DNA of 64,000 nucleotides from Batkoa obscura (Eukaryota): NCBI GenBank assembly GCA_030770535.1, contig JASVEC010000001.1, positions 2,046,001 to 2,110,000 of the forward strand, read 5' to 3'. Shown piece by piece: positions 11,067 to 25,200 of this stretch (position 1 is its first letter; each line of letters starts with the position of its first letter). The notes under the pieces were generated by a model. It saw only the letters and a program-made list of their open reading frames with translations, ran no database searches and was not told where the DNA came from. The position numbers and the translations under genes were made by a program.

Positions 11067-12322
11067 TTATTGTTTAAAAAAATTATTTCTTTTAAGTTCT
11101 AGAAAGGTTTTATAAGGGGGTTCTATAGGTTTTTGTTGAGGATCTAAAGGTTGGTAGTTGCTGCCATTTTCCTAAATAAAATTAAAAAGTGTGTAAGGAA
11201 ATTAATTAAATACTTACTGGTAGCGGATAGGTCCTATCTGAATCAAATCCATTTCTATCTCCACATGCCACAAATGGTATTGTAACAACATTTTCACCTG
11301 CCATATTATTCGTTTCATCTAAAAATAATATTTAATAATATAAACTAAACAATGAACTTAAAAAAATACCATAACACTCATCCAACAAAGGTAATTGCAT
11401 AGTAGGACAATAATCCTTTGGTATTTTAAAACCACTGCATAAAACAAATCCTTCTAATAAGATATATAATGATTATTAAGTTGATGAAAATATTATAGGC
11501 TAATAAACATACCAATACTTGAATTTCTTGAGGCTCTAGGCTTACAAAGTGTAACATCGGAGAAAAAGATTTTAAGCTTCTTACATAATAATGGGAAGTT
11601 TTTGCCTCTAAACACTTTAGCAATGAAGCTACCACCATCCCTTAGTATATGTATTGTAATATTTAAGGCCTTAATATTATCAACTTGGTCATATAAAGAG
11701 GTTTAAAAAATTTACTGCTAAAACTAATTGTGCTTGAATATATTCGTCCATATCATGCAAATTAAAAACTATAAAATTATTAGCTAATTGTAAAATAAAT
11801 TGAATATTTCTTACCATCTGGTGCGCCATCGCACACAACTAAATCAGCTCTTTGCCCTTTAAATTTATCTAATATTAAAGTGGCTGTTTGCAATTCAGTA
11901 ATATCTCCTTGAATTTCAAGTACATTTGGTAAAGGTGCCTGGTTGTATTAGTAAGTTATATAACTAAATCAAACTTTTATTACCATAGCTTGTAAATCTA
12001 CAGCAATAATTGGGAATGCTTCTTTATCCTCTGTTTCACTAGTTGTTTAATTACTATTATTCAAAATCATGTCGTATAGCTCACCTCATCTTTTTATTTA
12101 ATACTTGACACCATGAACCTGGTGCTGCACATAAATCGACTACTCTTTTGGAATCTTTAATTTCTTAGTTATTTGAATAACTAAATTTATTGTTTCATTA
12201 CCTTTAATAATATCGAATTCCTCATCTATTTGTAACAGTTTAAAAGCGGATCTAGCTCTATATCCCTTCTCTTTTGCTAATCTATAAAATATATCTCTTT
12301 TATCTTTACTTGTTTTACCCAT
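11067..12322 (-). CDS. TRM7: tRNA (C32/G34)-2'-O-methyltransferase, multi-exon
   Basis: [75 protein letters not shown], terminal PIEPPYK. Confidence 0.92.
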
Positions 12323-12486
12323 TTAATAAAAAATATGAAATTCGAATATTTTATTAAATTATTTGAATTGTTTGTTGATTAATAGAACAACCAATAAAAC
12401 CAATTCTTTATTGAAAGGGATAACTTCGTGTCAAAAAGCAAATTTTGTCATAACCTAATTAAAGTATTCCTCTTTTACTATAAATA

Positions 12487-13218
12487 ATGATTGGTTTAGC
12501 AGGTTATTCTAGTACCGTATCAGCAGAATCAACTGGCAATATGGATAAGTTACCACATATTTTATATAGAGAGAATAGAATACCTAATGTACGTAAAATT
12601 CAACTTGATACTAGTTTCTTAGTTTGGGGATGTTTATATACTCTATGTAATTCAGTGGATGATATGATGTTATCGTTTCCAACTAAAAAAGTAACTTTTG
12701 GTAGATCGGGAAACAACGATTATATGTATTTTTAGGTTTTATCAAAATTTATTAAAATTTTAACAATGGTACTTTTAGTTTTAACGATGAAATGATCAGC
12801 GGTCACCACTTTAAAATAGCTGCTTTTAAAAACGAACATACTAAAAAAGAAGGACTCAATTTCTCAGCTTTTATCAGGGATCAAAGGTAAGGATATTGTA
12901 TATTTTCCTTTGACTTTGTATTGACTTTTCTATAGTAGTAATGGAGTGCTGTTAAACGGTAAAAAACTGAGTAAAAAGGGCTATCAGTTGCTTCGAGAAA
13001 ATGACGTTATACAATTACAACTTAAAGATAATAGTAGATATAGTCCATACAAGTCATTGTGTAAACTAATTTAATTTTTAACCTCATTTTTAATTATTTA
13101 TTTCTTTAGGGTTCATCTTTAAATCAAAGCCTGTGGAAGTAAGTTTATTTTGTCATTTTATCATTTTATCTAATTTTATTAGGATAAAAGTACTATTGAA
13201 GTTCCTGAAGGTTTATAG
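12487..13218 (+). CDS. Small stand-alone FHA-domain protein, multi-exon
   Basis: Spliced reading gives TFGRSG..ISGHHF..DQSSNGVLLNG..LRENDVI, the FHA core motifs. Confidence 0.7.
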
Positions 13219-13522
13219 TTTAGTGTTTTATTACTCTTTTTGAGGCTTTTATTAATAAAATTTTGAATCAATTTTGAATATTACCACTTAAACAGCTTTT
13301 GTCTGATTTAATATGTTTGACAGTTGATGTATTTTCACTAAATCCAATACGCTAATATTTTAAATTTTTTATATATACGTCCTCGCCAAGCCGTAGTCTG
13401 ATATAATGAATTCTTTGAAAATAGGATTGCTAAATATAAATAAAATAAAATCGTCCAAGTGAAAAAAAATCATAAAATTTAAAAATAAAAAAAGCAAAAA
13501 TAATTTTCAACTTTTAATTATA

Positions 13523-15809
13523 ATGACAAGAGGAACACAAGAGACACCAGCAGGTATCGTAAAAAGCATACAAAATAGTAAAGTACTATTAGTAGGAGCA
13601 GGAGGGATAGGATGTGAAGTGATTAAAAATTTAGTATTAATGAATTTTCCATATATTGAAGTGGTAAATAACCAATACGCTATAATGTCGTAAAACTAAT
13701 GTTCAAAAAATACAGGTGGATCTTGATACTATTGATTATTCTAACTTAAATAGACAATTCTTGTTTCAAAAAAAACATGTGAAACAATCAAAAGCTTTAG
13801 TAATACAGTTTATATTTAGGATTTCAACTTTTTTAAGAATAAATTAGATTGCTGCTAAAGCAGCTCAAGAGTTCAATGCCAATGTAAAAATAGTACCACA
13901 TCACGCTAACATTATGGACGAAAAGTTTGATCTAAATTGGTTCAAAACTTTTAACATAGTTTTTAATGCTTTAGATAACTTGGGTAACTTTTTATTAAAA
14001 ACATCTAGAGAAATAAATATTAATTTTAAAAAAAGAGGCTCGACGATATGTTAATAAGATGTGTTTATTATCTGATACACCACTTATAGAGTCTGGTACG
14101 GCTGGGTACTTTGGCCAATCAACTGTGATTAAAAAGGTAAAAGATATTTCATTTGATTATGTTTTGATTATAGATATATTCTTCAATAACTAATAACTAA
14201 AGTAGAATGTTACTGAATGTTTTGAATGTGTACCAAAAGAAACACCAAAAACATTCCCAGTTTGTACTATTAGATTAACTCCTTCTTTACCTATCCATTG
14301 TATCGTTTGGGCTAAAAGTTATTTATTTAAGTAAGTTTTATAAGTACATCTTTATTCGGCTATTTAATCAATTGTAGTCAACTTTTTGGTGAAGAAGAAG
14401 AAAATTTAGATAATGAGATCAACGATGACAACCGTAATATTATTTCAATCCGATTAAAATAACTCATTTGTTATTATTAGGTACTGAAATCGAAGAGTTA
14501 AAAAAAGAAACTGAAGCTTTAAATGAAATTAAAAGTGCAATGGCAACAGATGACTTTATAAAATTAATGTTTGATAAAGTGTTTACTAATGATATTATTA
14601 AAACCTTACAGTTTGAAGGAATATGGAAAAATAAGACTAAACCAACTCCATTAAAATATGAAACCACTGATGAAAAAGCTTCATCTGTCGAAATTACCAG
14701 CAATGGTACTTTATTCGAAAATAAAAAATTGGAGCTTGAAGAATCTTTTAAGTTATTTAAAGAAAGGTAAATAAATACCTTAAAAATTTAATGCTATAAT
14801 TATTTTTAAGTGCTCGGGCTTTAGCAACTCGTATTCAAAGTATGAAAGAAAGCAACCCTAGCGCCTCAATGTCATTTGATAAAGATGATGATGAAATGTT
14901 AAAATTTGTAACTGGGGCTTCAAACCTAAGAGCTCACATTTTTAATATCCAAACTAAAAGTATTTTTGAGGTTAAAGGTAAAATATATTTAATTCAATAA
15001 AATTTAAATATACTAACCTTATTAGCTATGGCTGGTAATATTATTCCTGCTATTGCTACAACCAATGCAATTATAGCAGGTGTTATGATCACCAGTTCAT
15101 TTAAGATATTAAGATCTCAAATTGAACAGTGCAAAACGGTAAAAGTTTAATTGCACTTTTAATGCTTTGTCTAACTTTGAAAGACATTTTTAGTTTATGG
15201 GAGTAATCGCCCAAAATTACTTTATACTGAATGTTTAGCTCCACCTAAGCCAGATTGTGCTATTTGTTCTAGCGACGTATTTTGTGTCTCATTTGATTTA
15301 TGTAAAAATACTATAAATGATATAATTACTGAATCCCTTAATGGGGCTCAAAAAGCACTAGAGAGAAGTAATGCAGAAATTCTTCCTGAAATAGATTGGG
15401 ATGAAGTTAAAGAGAATTTATCAATAGTAGAAGGATCAAGGTAATTCATATATGTATAATTTTAAATTATTTTACAATCATTTTATTCAATAGAATTTTA
15501 TATGATTTTGACTTGGAAGAAAATTTAGAAGCTACATTATCCTCTTTAAATGTTAACTATAGATCTCAAGTGACAGTTAATTTTGATATAGAGTATTTAA
15601 AACCATTACATTTATACATTGATAAATCGGAAAATGGGAAGATGAGAAGAAAATTAGTTGTAAGAGATGAAGATTTTGATAAACTTGTAATAGTGGATAA
15701 GACGACTAAGAGAGAAAGAGAAAGTTCTACAAGTCCATCTCATAAACGCGTAAATTCAGAACTTAAAAATTTAAGTGTTGATTCTGATGATGATCTTGTT
15801 ATGTTATAA
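13523..15809 (+). CDS. UBA2: SUMO-activating enzyme E1 subunit 2, multi-exon
   Basis: [32 protein letters not shown] (catalytic Cys), [20 protein letters not shown]. Confidence 0.93.
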
Positions 15810-15916
15810 CTTCATATTGATAGAATATATAAGCTGATTCGCTATTCATTTGGGGAATATAAATAAAATATTTTTAGCTCTGGATAGTCTAATTTAGTCA
15901 ATAATTTTATGAGCTA

Positions 15917-16019
15917 TATGGGGGTGTTTTTTTGGTTTCATTATTTTTTCATTTTTTAAGCGCTATTTGAATGGAAAAATTGTTAGTAAAATTCTTAAAC
16001 AAAAAAATACATCCCCATA
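15917..16019 (+). mobile_element. MITE-1 copy 5
   Basis: Near-consensus, intact TIRs, TA flanks. Confidence 0.9.
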
Positions 16020-16202
16020 TAATATTAATTATGTAAATTTATATATTTACACTTATATTTAAAAAATTTAATTTAATTTATGTTATAATGTAAAGAAACT
16101 AAAAATAAAATGATCTTGATACTAATTACTTCTTTTAACTATATGTTTATTTATTTATATCAAAATCAAAAACTTACATGTTACATAAATAATATTACAT
16201 TA

Positions 16203-17873
16203 TCAATAATTTGGTTCATAACTCTTCAACTCATTCAAAAGCACCCGATTAATATTAATAATATTTCTAAAAGGGGAGTTTTGTAAAGAATCAAAGTAAA
16301 CTTGACAAGCATCAATTAAGGTTTGAAACTTAGCCGAATGCAATTTCGGCTTATAATAACGTACCATAAATGTAAAGCATTGATTAAACATCGACACTAT
16401 AATATAATTGGTATATTCAGATTCTATCTTAACTCCATTTTCAAGACATTGGGCACAAAGTTCCATCATATGCTCAATTTGAGCGTCAGTTGCTGGCCTT
16501 ATATTGGGCTTCTGTGCTGACTCTGGTAAGAGTGGGTTATAAAACTGGTACGTATTGATAAAAAATAAAAGGAAATATTTCATTTCATTAATACCATATA
16601 TTATTAAAGACCCTTTGCTTCGCATCTTTTCAGGCAAATTGGCGCAAACTTTCATGATTCGCTGTGTTAAAAAATAACCAGTACTATTTATTCTTTCTGC
16701 CATTTGGCGTATCCCTAACTCAGTGCTAAATCCCCCTTCATATGACTCAGAGCACTTTAATTTAAGTGATAGCACTTCATTGATGACTGGATTAAACATA
16801 GAGATCGAATAATTGATGAGTTGAGAAAAGGTATCACTACATTGACCTTTACTTTTATAAAATATCATTCTAGTATGAGTTGGAGGATGAATGTTTATTG
16901 GTATTAATAAAAGGTTTGAAAACGCAATAATGTGTAATAAAGCGTTATATGCGTTTCTTCTCTCAACAAAAAGTCGGTGACTAAATTTTCCAGGATATGG
17001 TAAACCTATGATATGAGATATCCTTAAAGCCATTTTAAATAGTATCGAGGCCCTTCTCTGTACCCACAACACATCAAAAAGCCCATAAAAGAGAATTAAA
17101 AGTGCCTGAAACGTATCCAAACTAAAAATAATTTTACTTGGCTTTAAACACTCTGATATTCGGTATTCAAAATAGCTATAAAGATTATCTCTTAACGGAT
17201 CGCCTTTGGGTATCCATTGTAATCCAGCTGCTATAATCGTCATCTTTAATAGTTTAGACCTTGGTAACTTTCTAAAACTGTTTTTAGTAAATAAAGAAAG
17301 ATGAAGATTGATATGTGTAAAAAATTTCCCAATTGCATTTTGTATAAGGTCATTGATATCTAAAATATTTCCAGTAGGTTGTTCACTTGGCTTTGGCTTA
17401 ACCGCTTTAACTTTCAAAAGCATACCTAATTTCGTAGATAAATACATTAAAAGGTGTAACTCTCTAGTTGGCTTAAATAATGAAGGATATTGTAAAACAG
17501 TCATTAGATTCACTAAAGCAGCTCTTCGAGTAATATTACTAGTAATATCAATTGCGACATTGTTACAGTAATTTAAATTATAATTGATCATTTCGCTTTG
17601 GTTAATGATGCTTTTTGCTTTAGGTCTAGGTTTACTTTCAGTCCTTAAATCAATGACTGAAATGGAATTATTATACACTTTTGGACGATTTCCTTTTTTT
17701 ATAAATTCTCTTTCATATTTACAAACTTGGTTTGGTATTTCTAAACACTGTTTACATGAGGGTAATTGACGACTACATTTAATATGTTTGTCATAACATC
17801 GGTCACATCGTTTATGGGATAATTTTTTAGTATCAATATGATTGTTTTGAAGAATTAAGGGCAATGACACCAT
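16203..17873 (-). CDS. Zn(II)2Cys6 fungal transcription factor
   Basis: CDRCYDKHIKCSRQLPSCKQCLEIPNQVC, plus a middle region resembling the fungal TF domain (QALLIL..ALRISHIIGL..ERR). Intronless. Confidence 0.88.
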   Translation of the reverse strand: MVSLPLILQNNHIDTKKLSHKRCDRCYDKHIKCSRQLPSCKQCLEIPNQVCKYEREFIKKGNRPKVYNNSISVIDLRTESKPRPKAKSIINQSEMINYNLNYCNNVAIDITSNITRRAALVNLMTVLQYPSLFKPTRELHLLMYLSTKLGMLLKVKAVKPKPSEQPTGNILDINDLIQNAIGKFFTHINLHLSLFTKNSFRKLPRSKLLKMTIIAAGLQWIPKGDPLRDNLYSYFEYRISECLKPSKIIFSLDTFQALLILFYGLFDVLWVQRRASILFKMALRISHIIGLPYPGKFSHRLFVERRNAYNALLHIIAFSNLLLIPINIHPPTHTRMIFYKSKGQCSDTFSQLINYSISMFNPVINEVLSLKLKCSESYEGGFSTELGIRQMAERINSTGYFLTQRIMKVCANLPEKMRSKGSLIIYGINEMKYFLLFFINTYQFYNPLLPESAQKPNIRPATDAQIEHMMELCAQCLENGVKIESEYTNYIIVSMFNQCFTFMVRYYKPKLHSAKFQTLIDACQVYFDSLQNSPFRNIININRVLLNELKSYEPNY

Positions 17874-19409
17874 AAAATAAAAAGTTAAATTAAACGCTAT
17901 TTATTTATCAATTTAATGAATCAATTCAATATTGAGCATAACAATAGAGTAAAAACTGGTAAATTGACTGTTTAACAAATGGCCTATTTTTAGATTTGGT
18001 TAAAAAGAATAAAAGTAGTCGCATATTATTAAATATTTTTAAATCTTAAACTTCACCTATGAAAGTAAGCTAAAAAATTTGGGGAAATAAGTTGCGTAAG
18101 GAAAGGTGGATGGATTATACCATATTTTTATTAGGTTTTCCCATAAATAACTTGTGCTTTTGGTTAAAAAAATGACAAAGTTACTGGTTATAATATGAAA
18201 AAAAAATTTGTGGTAAAAATACTTCTATATTGTAATTCTATACTCTTACCATTTTTTCCTTATCAAAAAAACAAGTTATTTAAAAACCCAATATTATACT
18301 TTTATATGTAAAGTTATTATTTGGTATATATAATAAATACTCAGATGTCTTATTCTTCTTTATTCTGTATTAAGCTAAAATGGTCACTTTGCAAATTTGC
18401 AGCTTTGAAAACAACAATATTTCTACTTCTTTAACCTGTTGCTCATGAGCTTAAACCTAATAAATATGGTTAAAGCGGCTATTTTAACGTAAAAACTTTT
18501 TCACTTAAAGAATATTATCGTAAAATATACAATCTCATACAAAATCAAATTATAATGCGCTATTTTTTGTATTGTTCTTAGCTCCTTAATTATTAATAAA
18601 AATAAAATTATATTCTTGAAACAAAAAAGCTTATCGTTAATAATAAATTATTTCAAATATTTGATTTTTTAAGTCTTATTGTGATAAGTGTCTGAAAAAT
18701 TATAATTTACTAAACCAACATCAAAATTCACGATTTTTAAATGAAGCTGACCGAAGTTTAATAAAAGTTGCATTTTTCAATAAATAGAATTACTTTTAAA
18801 AATTAAGTGCATAATTTTAGTATCTACATTTAAAATTGTCCTCTAAAAATTGACTTCAATCATAGCGTAAGGTTAATTTACTTTATTCTGTTAATATAGA
18901 AACTATGAGTCCCAGAGTTAATTCTTTAAATTTAATCTGAGGTTTTGATAATTATACCCCTGCCACATCCCCAGCATCTTTGGATACATTATTTTTGAAA
19001 TACCTTCCGTTTGTATAAGAAAATCCTATAACGAGCCTATAATCGTTTATAAAAAAAATGGTCTATAACCCTTAGAGAGCATCTATCTTAAGCTTTTTTA
19101 AAGAAATCAAAAAAAGTTAATGTTAAACGTTATACTTTATTAAAATTTCAAATTATATAATACTTTCATTATATAGCTACTTGTTCTAAGCTATATATAT
19201 TAATCTTTATAATTAAATTATAAATTTACTTAGTCGTAAAACTATATATGCAAATGCCTTTTCTTTTAGTGTTTTATATTATATTTCTGTATTTTAGATT
19301 ATAAAAAAATAGTATAATAAAACCTATGTCTACATATTAACTATCCAGTTAAAATCTGAAAGGAAATTTATAAATTTATCAAATTCCAGACTCCATTTCT
19401 ACTATAACA

Positions 19410-19512
19410 TATGGGAGTGTCTTTTTTGTTCATCACTTTTTTCATCTTTTAAGCGCTATTTGAGCGGAAAATTTGTCATTAAAATTCTTAAACACAAAAA
19501 TACATCCCTATA
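19410..19512 (+). mobile_element. MITE-1 copy 6
   Basis: Consensus match. Confidence 0.88.
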
Positions 19513-21609
19513 TACTTTAAAATGGCTTTGAAATTTGAATATTTATCAGAAGTCTTACTACAGATAAAACCTTCAAGCTCGTAAATTCATCAGAGGTACT
19601 TAACTTACTCTTTTAAGCAGATGTCTGCTTAAATTTACTAATAAAACTATTAAATATAACCAACCATATTGTTTCACTTTATAACCAAGGTACTTACTTT
19701 AATAGATGTCACGATTATCAAGATAACCCTGTTAATGGAAATGAATCATTGATAAGGCATTTAGATATAAATGATAAGAATATTAGCAATTTAAATTTTT
19801 GTCCAAATGTAGTATCGAAATGTTATCTGAAGATAGGGGATAGTAAGGATAATGTAAGTAATGATAAAAGCGATAGTAGTAACGATACTATCATTATTGA
19901 TAACAGTAGTAGCATTTTATATAATAATGGCCTTACTAATAATGATAATAATGAGATGAGATTAATAGCATTTAGATTTTGATAACGTCAATGGCAACAT
20001 TAAGTTAAAATTTAGAATAACTTGTTTAAAGAAAATGAAAATACGTCACAAACATTATAAACAAACATTAAGTTTATCTAGAGATAATTAAACTCAAGTT
20101 AAAGTGTTTATTATAGCAGATTTGGATTAATTATTGTATACGTTATTATTTGAATTAAAATGATTTAACTATTAAGAGTTTATTTCAGTGGAAATTTGTA
20201 TATCAACGAAATAGAAACGATTAAGATGTATTTTATAAATATACAGTAATAGATCCAAGAGGAATTAAGTTGGATAGTAACATTATTGATATCAATCCAG
20301 TTTAAATTTCGTTTTAATTTAGAATTAAATGTAGAAGGCTATTTTATTTTCGATATTCGATGCTTTGGAGACACAAAGCAATTAAAGAGTAGAGCATTCT
20401 TATATAATTATAGTAAAATTATTAAGGTCAATAACTAAAATAGAATAACTCAGGCTAGATTACTATTATTCTTAAAAAATTCATAATTTTAACTTAGATT
20501 TTAAACCAACTATCACTTTTAAGCTTGTATACCTTGAAGAAAATACATGTCTATAAATTATCACTAGAACTTTCACTTGCAGTTTGTTTGCTATCATATA
20601 TTTAAAATTTGACATCAATCAACTACTTAATGATTTTAATTTAGCTGTGGCTACTTATTATGAAAAGCATAATATTATCAAACATGGATTCATAAACAAA
20701 ATTAAAATCTATACTTATTTTATTATATTTAAATGTTCTATTATTTCTTGTTCCCTTTCACTAATCTTGAGGTCCTGAAAGTTGAAATTTCAAATTGACA
20801 AATGTAGATACACCTTAGGATGTCAAAAATAGGAAATTTCAAGTTTATAAGTTTGAATAGAATGTTCAGATATAAAATTGATACCTTATCGCTACTTATT
20901 AATTATGGTACTACTTACATGGCCAAAGCTGTCCTTAATGAAATTGATAAGATCTTCATATTGGATTGAAGCAATAAGTAACAAATTATTTGCTAATGAA
21001 CTTAACCTTATAATTAATTTTTTTATTTTATCAATTATATTAATTATTAATTTAAATTTAATGTTTTCTTAAAACGTTTCTAAGGTAGCGTTTTTTATGA
21101 CAAAAAGAGACGATTTGACTATCTAATACTGACAACATTTAAAGGAAACGTGTAAGGCTATTTAAAATAGAGGTTCTAGTGTTAAAGTAGCCCTCAACAA
21201 AGATTTTTTTGTCTTTTTACATCTGGATAAAGCAAATGAGGAAAGTGATAATTACTGTCTCTTGAAAGCCTTCTATTTGGAGATATATGTTTAGGTAGAG
21301 TTAAGGCCAGGTTATAAATTATTAATAATTTTATGATATTGTCTATGAATAATCCAAGTGACTAAAGCAATCACAAATGATAAGAAAAAACCAGGGCATA
21401 GGAGAAGGAGATCTGGCAACAAAGTAAGGTCATTGTTTCAAATAACGGTGGTTAAGTCAGTAAAGACATATAAAGGCCAAGTTTGGTTCTAAACTATTTT
21501 TAGTATTATTTTTTGGCTAAATTGTTGCATTTTATATAAATAGTATAGGTTTTAAATGATTATGTTTAATATATAAAGTTGATGATTTTTTATAATGATT
21601 AGGATAATA

Positions 21610-21712
21610 AATGAGGGTGTTTCTTTTGGTTTCATTATTTTTTCTATTTTTAAGCGTTATTTCAGCGGAAAGATTGTTAGTAAAATTCTTTATAAAAAAA
21701 TATATCCCCAAA
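21610..21712 (+). mobile_element. MITE-1 copy 7 (AATG...CAAATG end variant)
   Basis: Internal match to consensus; shares its ends with copy 4. Confidence 0.85.
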
Positions 21713-22290
21713 TGTAAAATTACTGAATCAATAAAGTTGAAAAAATCTTCTTGTTTATTTAAATTCTTTTATTCTATTATATTTTATACTTATTAGTATG
21801 ATTAGGCGTTTTAATATTTAAATGAAGCTTTTTTCATGAAATATAGTATAAAGTTAATTAAAATAACTTCAAGGTTATAAATATCAAAAATTAGGCTATT
21901 TAATTCATTACATCCTTTCACTAACATACTGTTGTCAGGAAACGTATTAATACATTTTTTTAAATTGGGGTTAGCCTAAATTCATGCCATATAACTAGTT
22001 TCAACTAATCAAATGAGCCTTAAAAAGATATTAAATCAAGTTGATTAGTTGCAGCTCTTTTGGCATGACTCAAGTTAAAATTTTAAGACAAAAAAATCGC
22101 TCAACAATGTGTTTATAATGTTTTAAGGAATAATCGTTCAACATACCTCATTAATAATTCCAAAAACTTCTAAAATTACTAAATTAAAATCCAAATAATT
22201 TAATAAAAATTCTCACAGCAAAATTCATAAGCAGCAAACTACCTTTAATAAATGCAGAAAAGAAATATAATAAAGAAAAAGTAGAATAAT

Positions 22291-25200
22291 TTAAACTGGA
22301 GCTAAGAAACCAGTGCCAACCCAGTGTTGAATATACTTAGATAACAAGACATGATCTACAGCAGGACAAGTTTTTATAGACTCAGACAATTTAACAGTAT
22401 TTTCTGTAAGCATATGGAATGAGTGAGTTTCATTTGTCAAAACTTCTTGGAAAAAGTCAGTTAATGATGCTAATGGGTTAACATCGACATCCATATAAGT
22501 TGGATTATTCTTCAACTCATTAATAAAATGAGTATTTTCAACTACTGAAAATTCGATCCCGCTTTTAGCTAAAGCTTCAATCACTTGGTCCCAAGGGAAT
22601 ACTCTGGGGTTAACAATATGTGAGATTGTGTTCTTATGATTATTCTTTGGGTTGAAGTAAATCTCTACCATACCATTAGCAGCGTAATCAACGGGGATCC
22701 AAGATACTCCTTCACTGACCTTTTCTGGTATCATTTTCATCACTTGAGAGCCTTTGATCATCAAAGGCATGTGTTCTTTAGTATTCCAAACACCATTAGA
22801 AATATCTCCAGAGATTTGACCTACTCTATAAATATCTAAATCAAAGTCATAATACCCACTCCAATTAAAACATATTTGTTCACTTAACAATTTAGATAAG
22901 TTATAGCCATTACATGCGCTTGCCTAAATAAAAATTTAGTAATTCAATACATAAAATTCATAAAAACTTACATTTTTTAACTTAGTACCAAGTGGTTTTT
23001 CATCAATATCAACGGTTTCGATTACTGGGAAAGTAGCACCAACGGTAGAAGTGAAATTGAAAGCCGCTTTTTTAGAACTGATAGCACATAATCTTAATAA
23101 ATTAACTGTACTTTGGATACAATCTTTAAAGTCTAATACTCCCTTTAAAAAGTCCATCTTCCAAGCTACATGATAAACAACGTTTACATTTTGTTGAATT
23201 TGTTCGAATTGTTCAGTATTTAAACCCAAGTTGACATCTTCATTGTTGTATGGCAGCGCTTCAATTTTATCATATTGCTGCTGTGTTAACTCAATCTTTT
23301 TGTCTTTAAAGCTGTCTTGGATACGCCTAGTACTCTGTTCGCTAGTCTTGGCCCTTACCATAGCATATACTTTAGTCACATCATCACGTTGTACTAAACT
23401 ATTTACAATAAATGAACCAAGAGAGCCATTGGCTCCAGTAACTAAAACGTATTTACTATCATTTTGAGTAATAGATTTTTTGTTGGTGGGTAATGTAGTA
23501 TCTACTTTATATTCTTCTAATAAATCATCTGCTAATTTTTGATAATAAGATAAAGGTTGAACGTCACTATTTTTAGTATCTGATTTATCACTTCTACTGT
23601 CTAATAAATAATTGACTAATTTATTAGCAGTGTCATGTTCATATAAATCATTGACTCTAACTTTATAGCCTTTTTTAATTAATGTGTTACGGAACTTGAC
23701 AGCAGATAAAGAATCTAAGCCGTTATCAAAGAACTTATCATCCATATCAATATGTTTGTTAGTTATAGATTGAAAAATTGATGGAATTAAATTGATCAAA
23801 CTATCACTCTCTTTTAATTCGATACCTTCATCTTGATTAATACCAACATCTTCACTTTCAAATTGTTTATAAACTTGTTCAATTTCTTCTTTAAATACAA
23901 CTTCACTTTTTTTACGAATCACATTTCCTTTAGCAGTAACCTCAAACCCTTTATCCATTTCAAGAGGTAAAATAGCAACTAAATCAGTTAATACTCTAGA
24001 ATGAGAAGGACAATCCTGGTTGGCTTTCTCAATCTGTTCAAAGATAGAGTTATGGACTTTAAGCAATGGAATCTTTTTAATATTATCATAGTTTAATGAA
24101 ATTAAACAACAGTTGTTTAGCTTTCCTCTTCCATAAACTAAACATTTATCAACATAAGGACAATCCATGATCGTTTGTTCAATGGGGACTGGGTTTGTTT
24201 TTTCACCTGTTAAGTGGATAATGGTATCATTACATCTACCAATCACTTCTGCCTTTAATTCATGCCTCTCTTCATTATATTCGATAATTTTATAAACATC
24301 TCCAATATTATATACTGTATCATTTGGATCCTTAATTACCCAACTAGATAAAATTGATTCATTTTTATCAATCACAATCTCACATGTATTTTCTACCTCA
24401 TCTCTGTTCACAATACTATAATTAACATGATTATTGAAGATGAGTACATTATAATCTTTAGTAAGTGATTCAATAGAACTATACGCGATACATCCGATTT
24501 CAGTAGCGCCGTAGGAAGATTGAACTTTGATATTATGGTTTACATACTCATCCCCCACTTCTTTAGGAATGGGTGCTCCACCACTTTGAATTACATTCAA
24601 TTTACTCAAAACTCTCCAAGCCTTGTTGTCATCATCGCAATGCTCTTTCATCTGTTTCAATAGATAAGGGAGCATGATTAAGTAAGTAGCATTATATGTT
24701 TGAATGTCTTCCAATACCATGGTAGGATTTTGATTAGATCTAGGTAATCCAATACTACTGGTATTAAAAAATGCACGCACAATTAAAGATAAACCATAAA
24801 TGTGAAAGAAAGGAGCGCATATTAACCCTAAGCCAAAAAAGTTGGTAACATCTTGTACTTTACGTTCATTGACAATAATACGATTGAAATAAGTGTTGGA
24901 CAAATAATTTAGTTTAGGAGCAGCAGTGGAACCAGAAGAATGAATGATTTGAACAATATGGTCTTTAACTTGATCTTCATTAAGTTTGATTAATGGCTCT
25001 ACAGATTCATACTTTATGGTAGCATAGTCACTCAACTTGATTAAAGGTAGAATTTTTAATTCTGGATATTCTTTTAAACATTGTTCAGCATCGTGTTTTA
25101 AGTGCTCATCATAAAACAAATAATCACACTTTGCTTCTTTTAATAAATGAACTAAGATAGGGACCGAATTACGTGGTGATAAGGCTAAAGGGGTTAAATT

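Noticed and set aside
16323..17769. Short ORFs antisense to the Zn2Cys6 gene (likewise within CAR, UBA2, kinase, OGT, BDF1)
   Set aside because: Shadow ORFs with no recognisable motifs.
19749..21072. Short ORFs in the TF-CAR intergenic region
   Set aside because: Non-ATG starts, low complexity, no motifs.
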